Counted from the stretch's first letter, positions 19,969-29,523 are shown. The stretch is 64,000 nt of DNA from an uncultured delta proteobacterium (GCA_963699755.1 CAVOVB010000002.1:640001-704000), one strand, 5' to 3'. Notes: generated from the sequence alone by a model not told the origin. Translations and numbers: made by a program.

Positions 19969-20091
19969 GAGCCAACTCGCCGAGACGCTAGCATGGGGTC
20001 GCTAGGGCGTCAGCCTGTCTAGCCCTCGAATTCTTCCAATAAACGTGGTCAGGCTTGCTGCCCTTGCGGCGCGCCGCTAAAGACGGCGCTG

Positions 20092-21015
20092 ATGGATTTG
20101 CTCGACCGGCGGTTCCTTTTCGTTGTGGGCAAGGGTGGCGTCGGCAAGACCACCGTCGCGACCGGGCTTGCACTTGCGGCAAGCCGCCGCGGCAAGAAGG
20201 TCCTGCTGGCGCTCGTCAACTGTCAAGAGCGTGTGAGCAAGCTTCTCGACACTGATCCGATCGGCCCCCAAATCGTAACGATTCGCGAGAACCTAGACGT
20301 GGTGAACATGACCCCCGACGCGGCCCTCGAAGAATACGGGCTGATGATCTTGAAGGTGAAGGCCGTCTTCAATGCCGTTTTCGGGAACCGACTGGTTCGG
20401 GCTTTCCTCAAAGGGACGCCGGGGCTCGAAGCCTGGTCGATGCTCGGAAAGGCCTTCTATCACGCATGCCCACCCCGGGGAGAGCCGGACTACGACCTCG
20501 TGATCGTCGATGGGCCGGCGACCGGACATGCGCTCGACATGCTGCGGGTGCCGTTCGTGATCGAAAGCGTCGCACCGCCAGGCCTCTTGCGACGCGATGC
20601 GGCGCGCGCTGTCGACATGTTCCGTGACCCCGAACGATCGGGCGCTGTCCTGGTCACGCTCCCCGAATACATGCCTGCGAGCGAAACGATCGAGCTTTCC
20701 GACGCTTTGACCAACGAGCTGCAGATTCCGGTGCTGCGACTGGTCATCAACCGGGTGCTCAACGTGCTCTTCGTCGAAAAAGAACGTCCCGTCATCGAAG
20801 ACCTGCCGTTGGCGCTCGCCGAGGACAGCGAGATCCGGGGCCTGGCCATTGCCGGCCAAAGACGCGTCCTTCGTGAGACGGTCCAGGCGCGGGCGGTGCG
20901 GCAGGTCTGTACCCACATCGATGCACCCTGCAGCGAGCTGCCTTACTACAGCGGTCTGGAGAAGGATACGGCTGCGATCGAGGCGCTGAGCGAGGCGCTG
21001 CTGCAAACCGTTTGA
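20092..21015 (+). CDS. ArsA/Get3-related single-domain ATPase
   Basis: GKGGVGKTT, TPGL, VDGPATGH, VTLPE. Confidence 0.88.
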   Translation: MDLLDRRFLFVVGKGGVGKTTVATGLALAASRRGKKVLLALVNCQERVSKLLDTDPIGPQIVTIRENLDVVNMTPDAALEEYGLMILKVKAVFNAVFGNRLVRAFLKGTPGLEAWSMLGKAFYHACPPRGEPDYDLVIVDGPATGHALDMLRVPFVIESVAPPGLLRRDAARAVDMFRDPERSGAVLVTLPEYMPASETIELSDALTNELQIPVLRLVINRVLNVLFVEKERPVIEDLPLALAEDSEIRGLAIAGQRRVLRETVQARAVRQVCTHIDAPCSELPYYSGLEKDTAAIEALSEALLQTV

Positions 21016-21063
21016 TCACTTGCGGGCGGTCGACAATCCACTAGCTTGCAGATTGAGGTCATC

Positions 21064-22560
21064 ATGCCCGGTTCGGCAGCATCAGGTCTTTCGTTTCAAA
21101 CACCGCTGATCTTCGAGCAGGGCTCGCCCGGCCGCCATGGCGCTTCGCTCAAGACCGACCAGCTCCCGGAAGTCGACCCGAGGAGCGCCTTCGGGGACAT
21201 GGCCCGGGAGCGACCGGCGCTGCTGCCAGAGGTGTCCGAGCCCGAGGTGGTGCGCCACTACGTGCGCTTGAGTCAGCAGAACTTCGCGATTGACATCGGG
21301 ATGTACCCGCTCGGCTCTTGCACGATGAAGTACAATCCCAAGGTCAACGAGTGGGCAGCGCGCTTGAGTGGTTTCGCCGACCTCCATCCCTACATGCCTG
21401 ACGAGCTCGTCCAGGGCGCCCTCGAGCTCATGTGGCGGCTCGAGCAAGGACTGGCCGAGGTCTGCGGGATGGATCGAGTCTCGCTTCATCCGGCGGCGGG
21501 CGCGCAAGGCGAGCTGACGGGCCTCATGATGATTCGGGCTTACCACCGAGCCCAGGGGCGCGACCCGAAGAAGGTACTGATCCCCGACACCGCACATGGG
21601 ACGAATCCAGCCTCCTGTGCTCTCAACGGCTTGCAGGCGGTTCCCTTTCCGGTCGGCGAGGAAGGCATCGTCACCGCGGAGGCCTTGGCGCCCTTCCTCG
21701 ACGACGACGTCGCAGCGGTCATGGCGACCAATCCGAACACGGTCGGGCTTTTCGAATCCCACATGGCGGAGATCTCGGAGCTCGTTCACAGCAAGGGCGG
21801 CCTCGTCTACGGCGATGGCGCCAACCTCAACGCCTTGATGGGCAAAGCGAGGCCGGGCGACCTCGGCATCGACGTGATGCAGTTCAACTTGCACAAGACC
21901 TTCACGACCCCGCACGGGGGTGGCGGTCCGGGTTGCGGGCCCGTTGGCTACAAGGCGCTCCTCGATCCCTACGCGCCGGTGCCTGTTGTCGAGAAGCGAG
22001 AAGGACGTTTCGCCCTCGACTACGAGAGCCGCCCGGCGTCGGTCGGCAGGCTGCGCTCGTTCCAGGGCAACTTCGGCATGATGGTGCGTGCCTATGCCTA
22101 TCTTCGAGAAATGGGGGCCGAAGGCCTCAAGCGGGCCACCGAGCTCGCCGTGCTCAATGCCAACTACCTGCGCGCCCGCCTCGGTGAGGTCTGGCACGTC
22201 CCGTACGACCGAATCTGCATGCATGAAGTGGTGATTAGCGATCGCCATCTCAAGGAGTCGCACGTCACAACGATGGACGTGGCCAAGCGCTTGATGGACT
22301 ACGGATTTCACCCGCCCACCGTGTACTTCCCATTGGTCGTCAAAGGCGCGATGCTGATCGAGCCGACCGAGACCGAGAGCCTGCAAACGCTCGACGAGTT
22401 CGTGGACGTCATGAACGCGATTGGTGTTGAGGCGACCACGGAGCCCGACTTCGTCAAGGCCGCCCCCCAGCTCACGCGTTTGCGTCGGCTGGACGAGACC
22501 CAGGCTGCTCGGAACCCCGTTCTACGTTGGACAGCTCCCGAGACACCGCACGAACCATAG
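21064..22560 (+). CDS. gcvPB: Glycine dehydrogenase (decarboxylating) subunit 2
   Basis: YPLGSCTMKYNPK, AGAQGE, AHGTNPAS, DGANLNA, NLHKTFTTPHGGGGPG (PLP Lys), EPTETES. Confidence 0.96.
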   Translation: MPGSAASGLSFQTPLIFEQGSPGRHGASLKTDQLPEVDPRSAFGDMARERPALLPEVSEPEVVRHYVRLSQQNFAIDIGMYPLGSCTMKYNPKVNEWAARLSGFADLHPYMPDELVQGALELMWRLEQGLAEVCGMDRVSLHPAAGAQGELTGLMMIRAYHRAQGRDPKKVLIPDTAHGTNPASCALNGLQAVPFPVGEEGIVTAEALAPFLDDDVAAVMATNPNTVGLFESHMAEISELVHSKGGLVYGDGANLNALMGKARPGDLGIDVMQFNLHKTFTTPHGGGGPGCGPVGYKALLDPYAPVPVVEKREGRFALDYESRPASVGRLRSFQGNFGMMVRAYAYLREMGAEGLKRATELAVLNANYLRARLGEVWHVPYDRICMHEVVISDRHLKESHVTTMDVAKRLMDYGFHPPTVYFPLVVKGAMLIEPTETESLQTLDEFVDVMNAIGVEATTEPDFVKAAPQLTRLRRLDETQAARNPVLRWTAPETPHEP

Positions 22561-23548
22561 CCTGTTTCTGGTGAAACGGGAGGAACGCCGCTTTGAATCC
22601 GTTGATGATCATGCGGTGAATATCACCCCGATTCATTCCCATTTGGCTGTGGCAAAGCCATAGCTCGCGCGACACGGTCGTATCGGCGATCAGCCTGTTG
22701 TCCGTGTTGATCGTCACTCGCAAGCCGAGGTCGTGATAGAGCTTGAGCGGGTGCGTGCGAAGATCCGTCACGGCGCCGGTCTGCACGTTCGACGAGGGAC
22801 AGCACTCGAGCGCGATGCGATGATCGTTGACGTAGTGGAGCAGATCGCCGTCTTCGCGTAAGCGGCAAGCGTGCCCGATCCGGTGCGCACCGCAAACGTG
22901 AATCGCCTGATGAATCGACGCCGGCCCGTAGGCCTCTCCGGCATGAATGGTTACGGCGATGTTGTTGTCACGGACCAACTTGAATGCGCGAAGGTGGTGT
23001 TTGGCAGGATGGTCGTACTCGGCGCCCGCCAAGTCGAATGCGACGACGCCGCGGTTCTTGTAGGCAACGGCCAGCTGGGCCATTTCGAACGACGACTCTG
23101 GCGAAATGTTCCGAATCCCACAGAGGATTACATTCGCGACGACACCGTGATCCTTTTGTGCTTCCCAGAGTCCTGTCAGAACGGCTTCGACCACGGTCGT
23201 GAGCCGGAGTCCGCCCCGTGTGTGGAGAATGGGTGAGTAGCGCACCTCCATGTAGCGGACGTTTTCCGCAGCGGCATCCTCGCTGAGCTCGTAGGCAACG
23301 CGGTAGAGCGCCTCGGCGGTCTGCAAGACCTTGAGCGTCGTGTCGAACGCCTTCAGGTATTCGACCAGCGAGCCGGCACGTTCGCCGCAATGCAGCGCCT
23401 CTTTGAGGGGCTCCGGCGTGTCGGCGGGCAAGTCGATTTCCTGCTCCGCAGCAAGCTCGAGCATGGTGGACAGCCTCAGCGAACCGTCCAGATGAACGTG
23501 CAGGTCGGTCTTTGGGAGGCTCCGAATCTCGGAGAGCGTCAGCGCCAT
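22472..23548 (-). CDS. add: Adenosine deaminase
   Basis: LPKTDLHVHLDGS, FDLAGAE, TIHAGE, HRIGH, ECCPSSN, INTDN. Confidence 0.94.
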   Translation of the reverse strand: MALTLSEIRSLPKTDLHVHLDGSLRLSTMLELAAEQEIDLPADTPEPLKEALHCGERAGSLVEYLKAFDTTLKVLQTAEALYRVAYELSEDAAAENVRYMEVRYSPILHTRGGLRLTTVVEAVLTGLWEAQKDHGVVANVILCGIRNISPESSFEMAQLAVAYKNRGVVAFDLAGAEYDHPAKHHLRAFKLVRDNNIAVTIHAGEAYGPASIHQAIHVCGAHRIGHACRLREDGDLLHYVNDHRIALECCPSSNVQTGAVTDLRTHPLKLYHDLGLRVTINTDNRLIADTTVSRELWLCHSQMGMNRGDIHRMIINGFKAAFLPFHQKQAMVRAVSRELSNVERGSEQPGSRPADANA

Positions 23549-23566
23549 ACCGTACATTGTAGCCCT

Positions 23567-24460
23567 TTAACGGGCGAGCTCGAAACGGCCCAAAACCTCA
23601 ATCACTTCGTCGAGTCGCTTGGCATCGACGCTGACCCTGGTAGGCATGCCCCCGTTGAGTCCGAGGGCGCGCACCAGGTCAATGCCGCTGTCGAAGCGCG
23701 CCGCCACGGTGACGGTGGTCTCGTCGTGCACCAGAGAAATGGGAGCAAGTCGTTGGCCTATCAGGAGCAGCTCGGTCTTGTCGTAGGGCCCGTCTCGTCG
23801 GCGTGCGTCACAGATCGCGAGGCTGCCTCGAACCTCGTAGCGAGCTGACAAACGCTTCGACTCGTGTTCGATGGCCTCGAGTGCCTCGGCAGCGGCTTGG
23901 AACTCTCGGTAGATCGCTGCGTCGCGCGCGCCATCAGCCAGGTACCGCACCATCAGGCCGCGAAGCCCCTCGTCCCGCGGCCTGGCACGGAGTGCGCGAT
24001 CGAGAACGCGCGCTCGCTCGCTTGGCTCGCCGAGGCGCGTGTCGATCGCCCGCGCATCACCGTCCGCACCTTCATAGGGCTCGACGCCGCCGCGAATCCA
24101 TTTGGCCGCCGAGCAGAGACCGTCGAAGTCTGAATGGCAACAGACCGTATCGATTTCGCCTGCGGCCGCTACGCGTTCGGGCGTGACGAGCTCGGGGCAG
24201 GCCCCGTGCTGCGCCTTGGTCCTCAAGACGAAACGAGGGTCATCTGCATAGTCAGGGTGCCTATCGTGGTCGTGGTGGTCGATCCACATCGCGAGCCGCG
24301 AGCCCAAGCCCTCAATGAAAGGCAGCGTCGTCTTCTCGTAGCTGGCGCCCCCTGCATTCGCCGCAAAAGCCACATCGAGCACGACCACACGCCCGGGCAG
24401 GCTGCCGGGCTTGGGCAACTTGCGGGGCGTTCCATACGCCAAATGTGGGAAACTACTCAT
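23567..24460 (-). CDS. DHH-like phosphoesterase
   Basis: VVLD, WIDHH, HSDFDG, AIDT motifs and a C-terminal GG (DHHA1-like). ATG 24460 chosen; ORF open to 24568. Confidence 0.65.
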   Translation of the reverse strand: MSSFPHLAYGTPRKLPKPGSLPGRVVVLDVAFAANAGGASYEKTTLPFIEGLGSRLAMWIDHHDHDRHPDYADDPRFVLRTKAQHGACPELVTPERVAAAGEIDTVCCHSDFDGLCSAAKWIRGGVEPYEGADGDARAIDTRLGEPSERARVLDRALRARPRDEGLRGLMVRYLADGARDAAIYREFQAAAEALEAIEHESKRLSARYEVRGSLAICDARRRDGPYDKTELLLIGQRLAPISLVHDETTVTVAARFDSGIDLVRALGLNGGMPTRVSVDAKRLDEVIEVLGRFELAR

Positions 24461-24628
24461 GATCCGAGCATGTGACCCAGCCGACTGAGGTGCAACTCGG
24501 GGATAGCCCGATCGGTTTTTCCCAAACCGATGCCTCGGGGAAACACATCGGAAATACGATGCAGCCATAGATCCCCTCGTGCCGCTGCCGAGGGTGCGCC
24601 GCGGCCATGACTAAGAGGTGCAAAGATC

Positions 24629-25927
24629 ATGGAAGAACAACTTTCGGAACTGACAACGTATGCAAACGCATTGTGGGTTCTCGTTAGCGCCGCACTCGTT
24701 TTCTTCATGCACGCGGGCTTCGCTCTCGTTGAGAGCGGGTTCTGCCGCAAGAAAAATGCGGTGATGGTGTTAATGAAGAACTTCGGTGTAGTCGCGATTT
24801 CGTCGATCATCTTTTATTTGGTTGGCTACGGCGTGATGTTTGGTGATGGTAATGCCTTCGTGGGGCTCGCGAAGTTCTTCCCGAACAACGGGGGAGCGGA
24901 TGCGGACCTACCACCATACGTCTTTCTCTTCTTCCAGCTCGTCTTCGCGGCGACCGCCTGCACGATCGTGTCGGGCGCAGTGGCAGAGCGCGCTCGCTTG
25001 CTGACCTTCTTCTTCTTCACCGCGATCGCGACCATCATCATCTACCCCGTGGTCGGTCACTGGGTCTGGGGCGGTGGCTGGCTCTCTGAAATGGGCTTTG
25101 TAGACTTCGCGGGAAGCACGGTCGTTCACGGTGTCGGCGGAGGTATGGCCTTGGCAGGCGCCCTGGTGGTCGGCCCGCGAATTGGCAAGTACAAGCCTGA
25201 TGGCTCGGTCAATCCGATGCCCGCCCACAACTTCCCCCTGGCCGCGCTCGGTGTGCTCATCCTGTGGCTCGGTTGGTTTGGTTTCAACGGCGGCTCGGAG
25301 CTCGCCATGGACGCCGAAGTAGGGCGAATCGTCCTGGTGACCAATCTCGCGGCTGCCGCCGGCTTCTGCGGCGCCCTGACCTGGATTCGGATCCGGAGCG
25401 GCCTTCTCGACCTTTCGATGGCCCTGAACGGCGCACTCGCCGGCCTCGTGGGCATCACCGCCGGCTGCTACAACATCACCGGCGGCTGGTCGATCGTCGT
25501 TGGCATCGTCGCCGGCATGCTCTGCGTTGAAGGCGTCCTGCTCATCGACAAGATGAAGATCGACGACCCGGTGGGTGCGATCACCGTCCACGGCGTCTGC
25601 GGTATCTTTGGAACGCTCGCCGTGGGCCTGGTCGGCTACGGCAGCGCCGGGACCGGCGAAGAGCCCATGGGCCTTCTCGTTGGCGGCGGGGCCTCGCAGC
25701 TCGTGACTCAAGCGATCGGTGTCAGCGCAGGCGTTGCATTTGCCTTCGTCGTCGGCATGGTCGTCTGGCTTGCCATGAAGTTCCTCGTGCCTGGTGGCGT
25801 CCGCGTCTCCGAAGCGCACGAGCTCGAGGGTCTCGACATCGCCGAGTGCGGCGTCGAAGCCTACAACGAGGAGCTCAAGGGCTTCCACACCGGTGCCACC
25901 GCCATGTCGGCGGCGCCCGCGGAGTAG
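24629..25927 (+). CDS. amtB: Ammonium transporter (Amt family)
   Basis: GFALVESG, SGAVAER, GHWVWGGGWL, DFAGSTVVH, GWFGFNGGS, IDDPVGAITVHG (twin His intact). Confidence 0.98.
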   Translation: MEEQLSELTTYANALWVLVSAALVFFMHAGFALVESGFCRKKNAVMVLMKNFGVVAISSIIFYLVGYGVMFGDGNAFVGLAKFFPNNGGADADLPPYVFLFFQLVFAATACTIVSGAVAERARLLTFFFFTAIATIIIYPVVGHWVWGGGWLSEMGFVDFAGSTVVHGVGGGMALAGALVVGPRIGKYKPDGSVNPMPAHNFPLAALGVLILWLGWFGFNGGSELAMDAEVGRIVLVTNLAAAAGFCGALTWIRIRSGLLDLSMALNGALAGLVGITAGCYNITGGWSIVVGIVAGMLCVEGVLLIDKMKIDDPVGAITVHGVCGIFGTLAVGLVGYGSAGTGEEPMGLLVGGGASQLVTQAIGVSAGVAFAFVVGMVVWLAMKFLVPGGVRVSEAHELEGLDIAECGVEAYNEELKGFHTGATAMSAAPAE

Positions 25928-25935
25928 TGAGCTTC

Positions 25936-25993
25936 GGGAGGAGGGGCGGAGCGGCTCCCCGGTCTGCTTCGCCCCTCTTCTCGACCCTTTTTT
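25936..25993 (+). terminator. Rho-independent terminator after amtB
   Basis: GGGAGGAGGGGCGGAGCGG pairs with CTGCTTCGCCCCTCTTCTC (with G-U pairs), followed by a T6 run. Confidence 0.75.
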
Positions 25994-26053
25994 CAATGTT
26001 GGTTTCTGAACATGGATTTTGAGCGTGGAGACACGCTGGGAGTGGAGGTAGTG

Positions 26054-27364
26054 ATGAGGAAGTTTCTTTCCCTGGCGGTGATGTGCAGTCTGGCGTTTCC
26101 CGCAATGGCGCTTGCGCAGCCGGAGGTGCCCAAAGAGATCGCTGACGAAATGGGCGAGGGAATACCCGCCGAATCGGAACCGGGAGCTGAAATGGAGGCC
26201 GAGGAAACGCCTCGGGAGGAAGCCCTGATGGCCGGGCCCGAATCGCCGAAAGTGGCGATGGACGACATCGCCGAGGAGGAGCCAGCCGAGGGTGCATCCT
26301 GGAAGGACGGCCTGTCCTGGATGGTGATGGCAAGCGCCTTCTATCGCGTCGGCGGTTACACCGATGACGGCGTCGTCGCTGGAACTTACAACGACATCGG
26401 ATACCCCTATACGAACTACAACGGCTTCGGCCTGAACTTTGCCGGTGGTGACCTGATGTACACCGGCGAGAAGTTTGCGGTGCGTTTGGACCTCCGCTTT
26501 GGCGAGGGCGCCCCGCTCTTGAGCCCGATCGCACCCATCAAGCAGGGCTATGTGAGTTGGATGCCGAGCGACAAGGTGAGCCTGGACTTCGGCTTCTTCG
26601 ACACGGTCTTCGGCGGCGAGGTCGTCGACGAGTGGAACAACGCCAACTACACGCGCGGCGCCCTCTACTTCTTGCGTCAACCGTTCAACCACATGGGCAT
26701 TCGCTCGGCGTTCGCCCTCTCGGACCTCGTGGGTCTGACAGTCATGCTGACCAACGGCGGTGTCCTCGGTGGCACACCGATCGATAAGAACGAGACGCCC
26801 ACCATCGGCTGGCAGCTCTCCTTTACCGGCGAGGATGAAAAGGCTGGATTCTTCTTCGGCGGACAGCACGGCGCAGGCGGGGACAACGACAACAAGAACT
26901 GGGAACAGTTCTTCGACTGGGTGCTGACCGCGAACGCAGGCATCTTTTCGCTCATCGCCAACGGCGACTACCAGCTCAGCCCGACCGGCACGGTTGATGA
27001 CCCCACGGGTGTGTTGGACGGGAAGATCTTCGCTTACGGTCACAGCCTGCAGCTGATCTTCGATGCGAGTGACAAGTTCTCGATCGGTGTACGCGGCGAG
27101 CACTTGAGCGGAAACGGCAACTTCCGTGCATTCGTGCCCGACTCGGATGGGGGCGTGAACTTCGTATCGGACTCCGGTCTCGCGACCGCCACATTGACTC
27201 TCCGCTACAAGCCCGTCCAGTACCTCGTGCTCAGCCTCGAGGGTCGCGGCGAGTGGAATACGCGTGAGATCTACTTTGCTAGGTCTTCCGTCTTGGAAGG
27301 CGGGCCTCTCAAAAAGCAGAACTACGCGGCCATCCTGGGCTTCACCGCCTACATCGGTAACTAG
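26054..27364 (+). CDS. Outer-membrane beta-barrel protein (BBP2/porin-2-like)
   Basis: GGAGG then ATG 26054, signal peptide, acidic linker, amphipathic beta strands, IKQGY, FDTVFGGE, NANYTRG, QPFNHMG. Confidence 0.78.
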   Translation: MRKFLSLAVMCSLAFPAMALAQPEVPKEIADEMGEGIPAESEPGAEMEAEETPREEALMAGPESPKVAMDDIAEEEPAEGASWKDGLSWMVMASAFYRVGGYTDDGVVAGTYNDIGYPYTNYNGFGLNFAGGDLMYTGEKFAVRLDLRFGEGAPLLSPIAPIKQGYVSWMPSDKVSLDFGFFDTVFGGEVVDEWNNANYTRGALYFLRQPFNHMGIRSAFALSDLVGLTVMLTNGGVLGGTPIDKNETPTIGWQLSFTGEDEKAGFFFGGQHGAGGDNDNKNWEQFFDWVLTANAGIFSLIANGDYQLSPTGTVDDPTGVLDGKIFAYGHSLQLIFDASDKFSIGVRGEHLSGNGNFRAFVPDSDGGVNFVSDSGLATATLTLRYKPVQYLVLSLEGRGEWNTREIYFARSSVLEGGPLKKQNYAAILGFTAYIGN

Positions 27365-27386
27365 CTTCACGTAGGGTTCACAGGTG

Positions 27387-27422
27387 GAAGGCCGGCTCGA
27401 AAGGGCCGGCCTTCTGTCGTTA
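27387..27422 (+). terminator. Hairpin terminator after the porin gene
   Basis: GAAGGCCGGCTC-GAAA-GGGCCGGCCTTC 12-bp stem with GAAA loop; weak T tail. Confidence 0.7.
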
Positions 27423-27637
27423 ACAGCTACAGCTACAGCTACAGGGGCAGCTAGGCTGAGCGTGGCTGTGGCGCTGACGCCGACGGTGCGACAAGCCATG
27501 CGCGGCAGCGCGAGCCCGAAGGGCGAAGCCCGGCGCGAAGCGCGCCGCCAAGCCCAGAGCGAAGCAATGGGCGCGCAGGGAGGACTACGGGTTGGGGGTG
27601 GGCGGGCGGTACAACCAAACACTGGCGCTGGCGCTGT
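27423..27637. repeat. Structured intergenic element (REP/MITE-like)
   Basis: (ACAGCT)3 left end, imperfect inverted (CTGGCG)2CTGT right end, four GAA-loop mini-hairpins and a G-tract cluster inside. Confidence 0.5.
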
Positions 27638-27657
27638 GATCCCGCTAGCTACTTCCC

Positions 27658-28479
27658 GTGCTCGACGACTCCGTGAGACAGCTACTCGACCGGCCGCACA
27701 AGTTGGTGCTCTGGCTCACCGGCGCGGGGATCTCCGCGGAGAGCGGCATCCCGACCTTCCGCGGGCCCGAGGGTTATTGGCGCGTCGGCTCTCGGAACTA
27801 CCAGCCCGAGGAGATGGCGACCCGGTATGCGTTTGAACAGATGCCGGAGGAAGTTTGGGCTTGGTATCTCTACCGACGCGGGGTTTGCCGGCGTGCGAAG
27901 CTCGACGCCGCGCACCTCGCCCTGGTCAAGGCCGAGCAGCGCGCCCGTGACCGCTTTCTACTGGTGACCCAGAACGTCGACGGGCTCCACCTGCGGGCCG
28001 GCAATACGCTCGATCGCACCTACCAGATTCACGGCAACATCGATTTCATGCGCTGCACGAAAGACTGTCTTCCCGGGCCCGTGCCGCTGCCCGATGGCGT
28101 CCAGGTCGCGTGGGAAAAGGGCCGAGCGCTCAGCGGCCAGGAGCTCGATCAGCTGCGTTGCCCTTCATGCGGCGCCATGGCTAGGCCGCACGTGCTCTGG
28201 TTCGACGAACGCTACGACGAGCCGAACTTCCGATTCCAAAGCTCGATCGACGCTGCCCGACGCGCCTCGCTGCTGATCGTCGTTGGCACGACGGGGGCGA
28301 CGTCGCTGCCGATTCACATCGGCACGATTGCGGCGCAGCGCGGCGTCCCGATGATCGTCGTCAACCCGGAGCCGAATCCGTTCAGCAACCTCGTGCAACG
28401 CACGGGGCATGGTGCATTTGTTTCGGGCACGGCGGGCCACTGGGTGCCAAAGCTCGTGGACGCTCTGCCCTCGGCCTGA
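27658..28479 (+). CDS. cobB: NAD-dependent protein deacylase (Sir2/CobB)
   Basis: GAGISAESGIPTFRG, YLYRR (class III YxxR), TQNVDGLH, HGN, Zn Cys pairs, RPHVLWF. Confidence 0.92.
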   Translation: MLDDSVRQLLDRPHKLVLWLTGAGISAESGIPTFRGPEGYWRVGSRNYQPEEMATRYAFEQMPEEVWAWYLYRRGVCRRAKLDAAHLALVKAEQRARDRFLLVTQNVDGLHLRAGNTLDRTYQIHGNIDFMRCTKDCLPGPVPLPDGVQVAWEKGRALSGQELDQLRCPSCGAMARPHVLWFDERYDEPNFRFQSSIDAARRASLLIVVGTTGATSLPIHIGTIAAQRGVPMIVVNPEPNPFSNLVQRTGHGAFVSGTAGHWVPKLVDALPSA

Positions 28480-28532
28480 GGGGCCCTGCAGGGGCCTTGC
28501 CTCCACCGTACTTCGGGGATACCTATCCCTAG

Positions 28533-29390
28533 ATGTCACGACTTCTCGTCTGGGTCTCTTGCTTGGGACTACTCGCTTCGTGCGGGAAGGAAAGCCAGTC
28601 GGCGCGCTACCCCGACCGACCCGCCGGGCAGTGCAGCCGCGCCGCGGGGGCAACCTGCGAGCCTGGCTTCGTTTGTCACTATGCCCCAAACGCCGAGTGC
28701 GGCGAATCGGGCGCAGAGGGTGCCTGCTTCCCGATGCCGTCGACCTGCACCAAAGACTACAGCCCAATCTGTGGCTGCGACGGTCGCACCTATCTCAACA
28801 TCTGTGTGGCTCATTCGCATGGCGTGTCGCCTCGTCAATCTGGGGAGTGCCCCACCTCAGGGGCGCCAGGCGTGCCGGCCGGCCCAGTCGGTAGCTGTGG
28901 GGCGGGAGGCGCAGCAGAGTCGTGCGCAGCTGGTTTCTTCTGCCGATACACCGAAGAGCAGTACTGCGGTGAAGTCTCGGGCCCCGGCGAGTGTGCGGAA
29001 CAGCCTACTGTCTGCACAAAGGAGTGGGCGCCCGTTTGCGGCTGTGACGGACGCAACTACAGCAACGACTGCGTGGCGCACTCGCATGGCGTTTCGATAC
29101 GGCACCGCGGCCTCTGTCAGGATGCAGGACAGGCCGCTGCAGGGGCGGTCGGTGCGAGCTGCGGCATTGCAGGCGCCAGCACCTGCGCCACGGGACTCTT
29201 CTGCGAGTTCTCGCCGGCAGCGAAATGCGGCGCGGCGAACAAGCCAGGGAAGTGCCAGCCCCGCCCGCAGGCGTGCACGGCCGAATACAACCCGGTCTGC
29301 GGCTGCGACGGCAAGACCTACGCGAACGGGTGCTCGGCGCAGGCCGCCGGCGTATCGATCAAGAGCGAGGGCGCCTGCCCCGCTCCCTGA
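28533..29390 (+). CDS. Lipoprotein with three Kazal-type protease inhibitor domains
   Basis: Lipobox LASC; three CTx(D/E)(Y/W)xP(I/V)CGCDGxxYxNxC units. Confidence 0.9.
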   Translation: MSRLLVWVSCLGLLASCGKESQSARYPDRPAGQCSRAAGATCEPGFVCHYAPNAECGESGAEGACFPMPSTCTKDYSPICGCDGRTYLNICVAHSHGVSPRQSGECPTSGAPGVPAGPVGSCGAGGAAESCAAGFFCRYTEEQYCGEVSGPGECAEQPTVCTKEWAPVCGCDGRNYSNDCVAHSHGVSIRHRGLCQDAGQAAAGAVGASCGIAGASTCATGLFCEFSPAAKCGAANKPGKCQPRPQACTAEYNPVCGCDGKTYANGCSAQAAGVSIKSEGACPAP

Positions 29391-29523
29391 TCGAGTCACT
29401 GCGCGCTCTGCGTCGTCCCAACCCGACTCCCCGGCGACCTGGAGCAGACCACGAAGAAACGGCTTGCCTTCGATGACAGGCCTTCCGTATGCTCCGCCCC
29501 CACTCATTGGAAAAGGGGAGTCC

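Noticed and set aside
22472..22560. 89-bp convergent overlap of gcvPB and add as a frameshift or pseudogene
   Set aside because: Both proteins are full length with all motifs; the overlap involves only tail residues.
27423..27444. (ACAGCT)n as a CRISPR array or phase-variable tract
   Set aside because: Only about 3.7 hexamer units, no spacers, no cas genes, non-coding; treated as part of the intergenic element.
24908..27622. 904-aa minus-strand ORF
   Set aside because: Antisense shadow of amtB and the porin gene; stop-poor reverse frames are expected at high GC, and no motifs are recognisable.
27658..28479. Sir2 protein as an anti-phage (Thoeris/DSR-type) effector
   Set aside because: Has the Zn-binding module and class III CobB motifs of housekeeping deacylases; no defence partners nearby.
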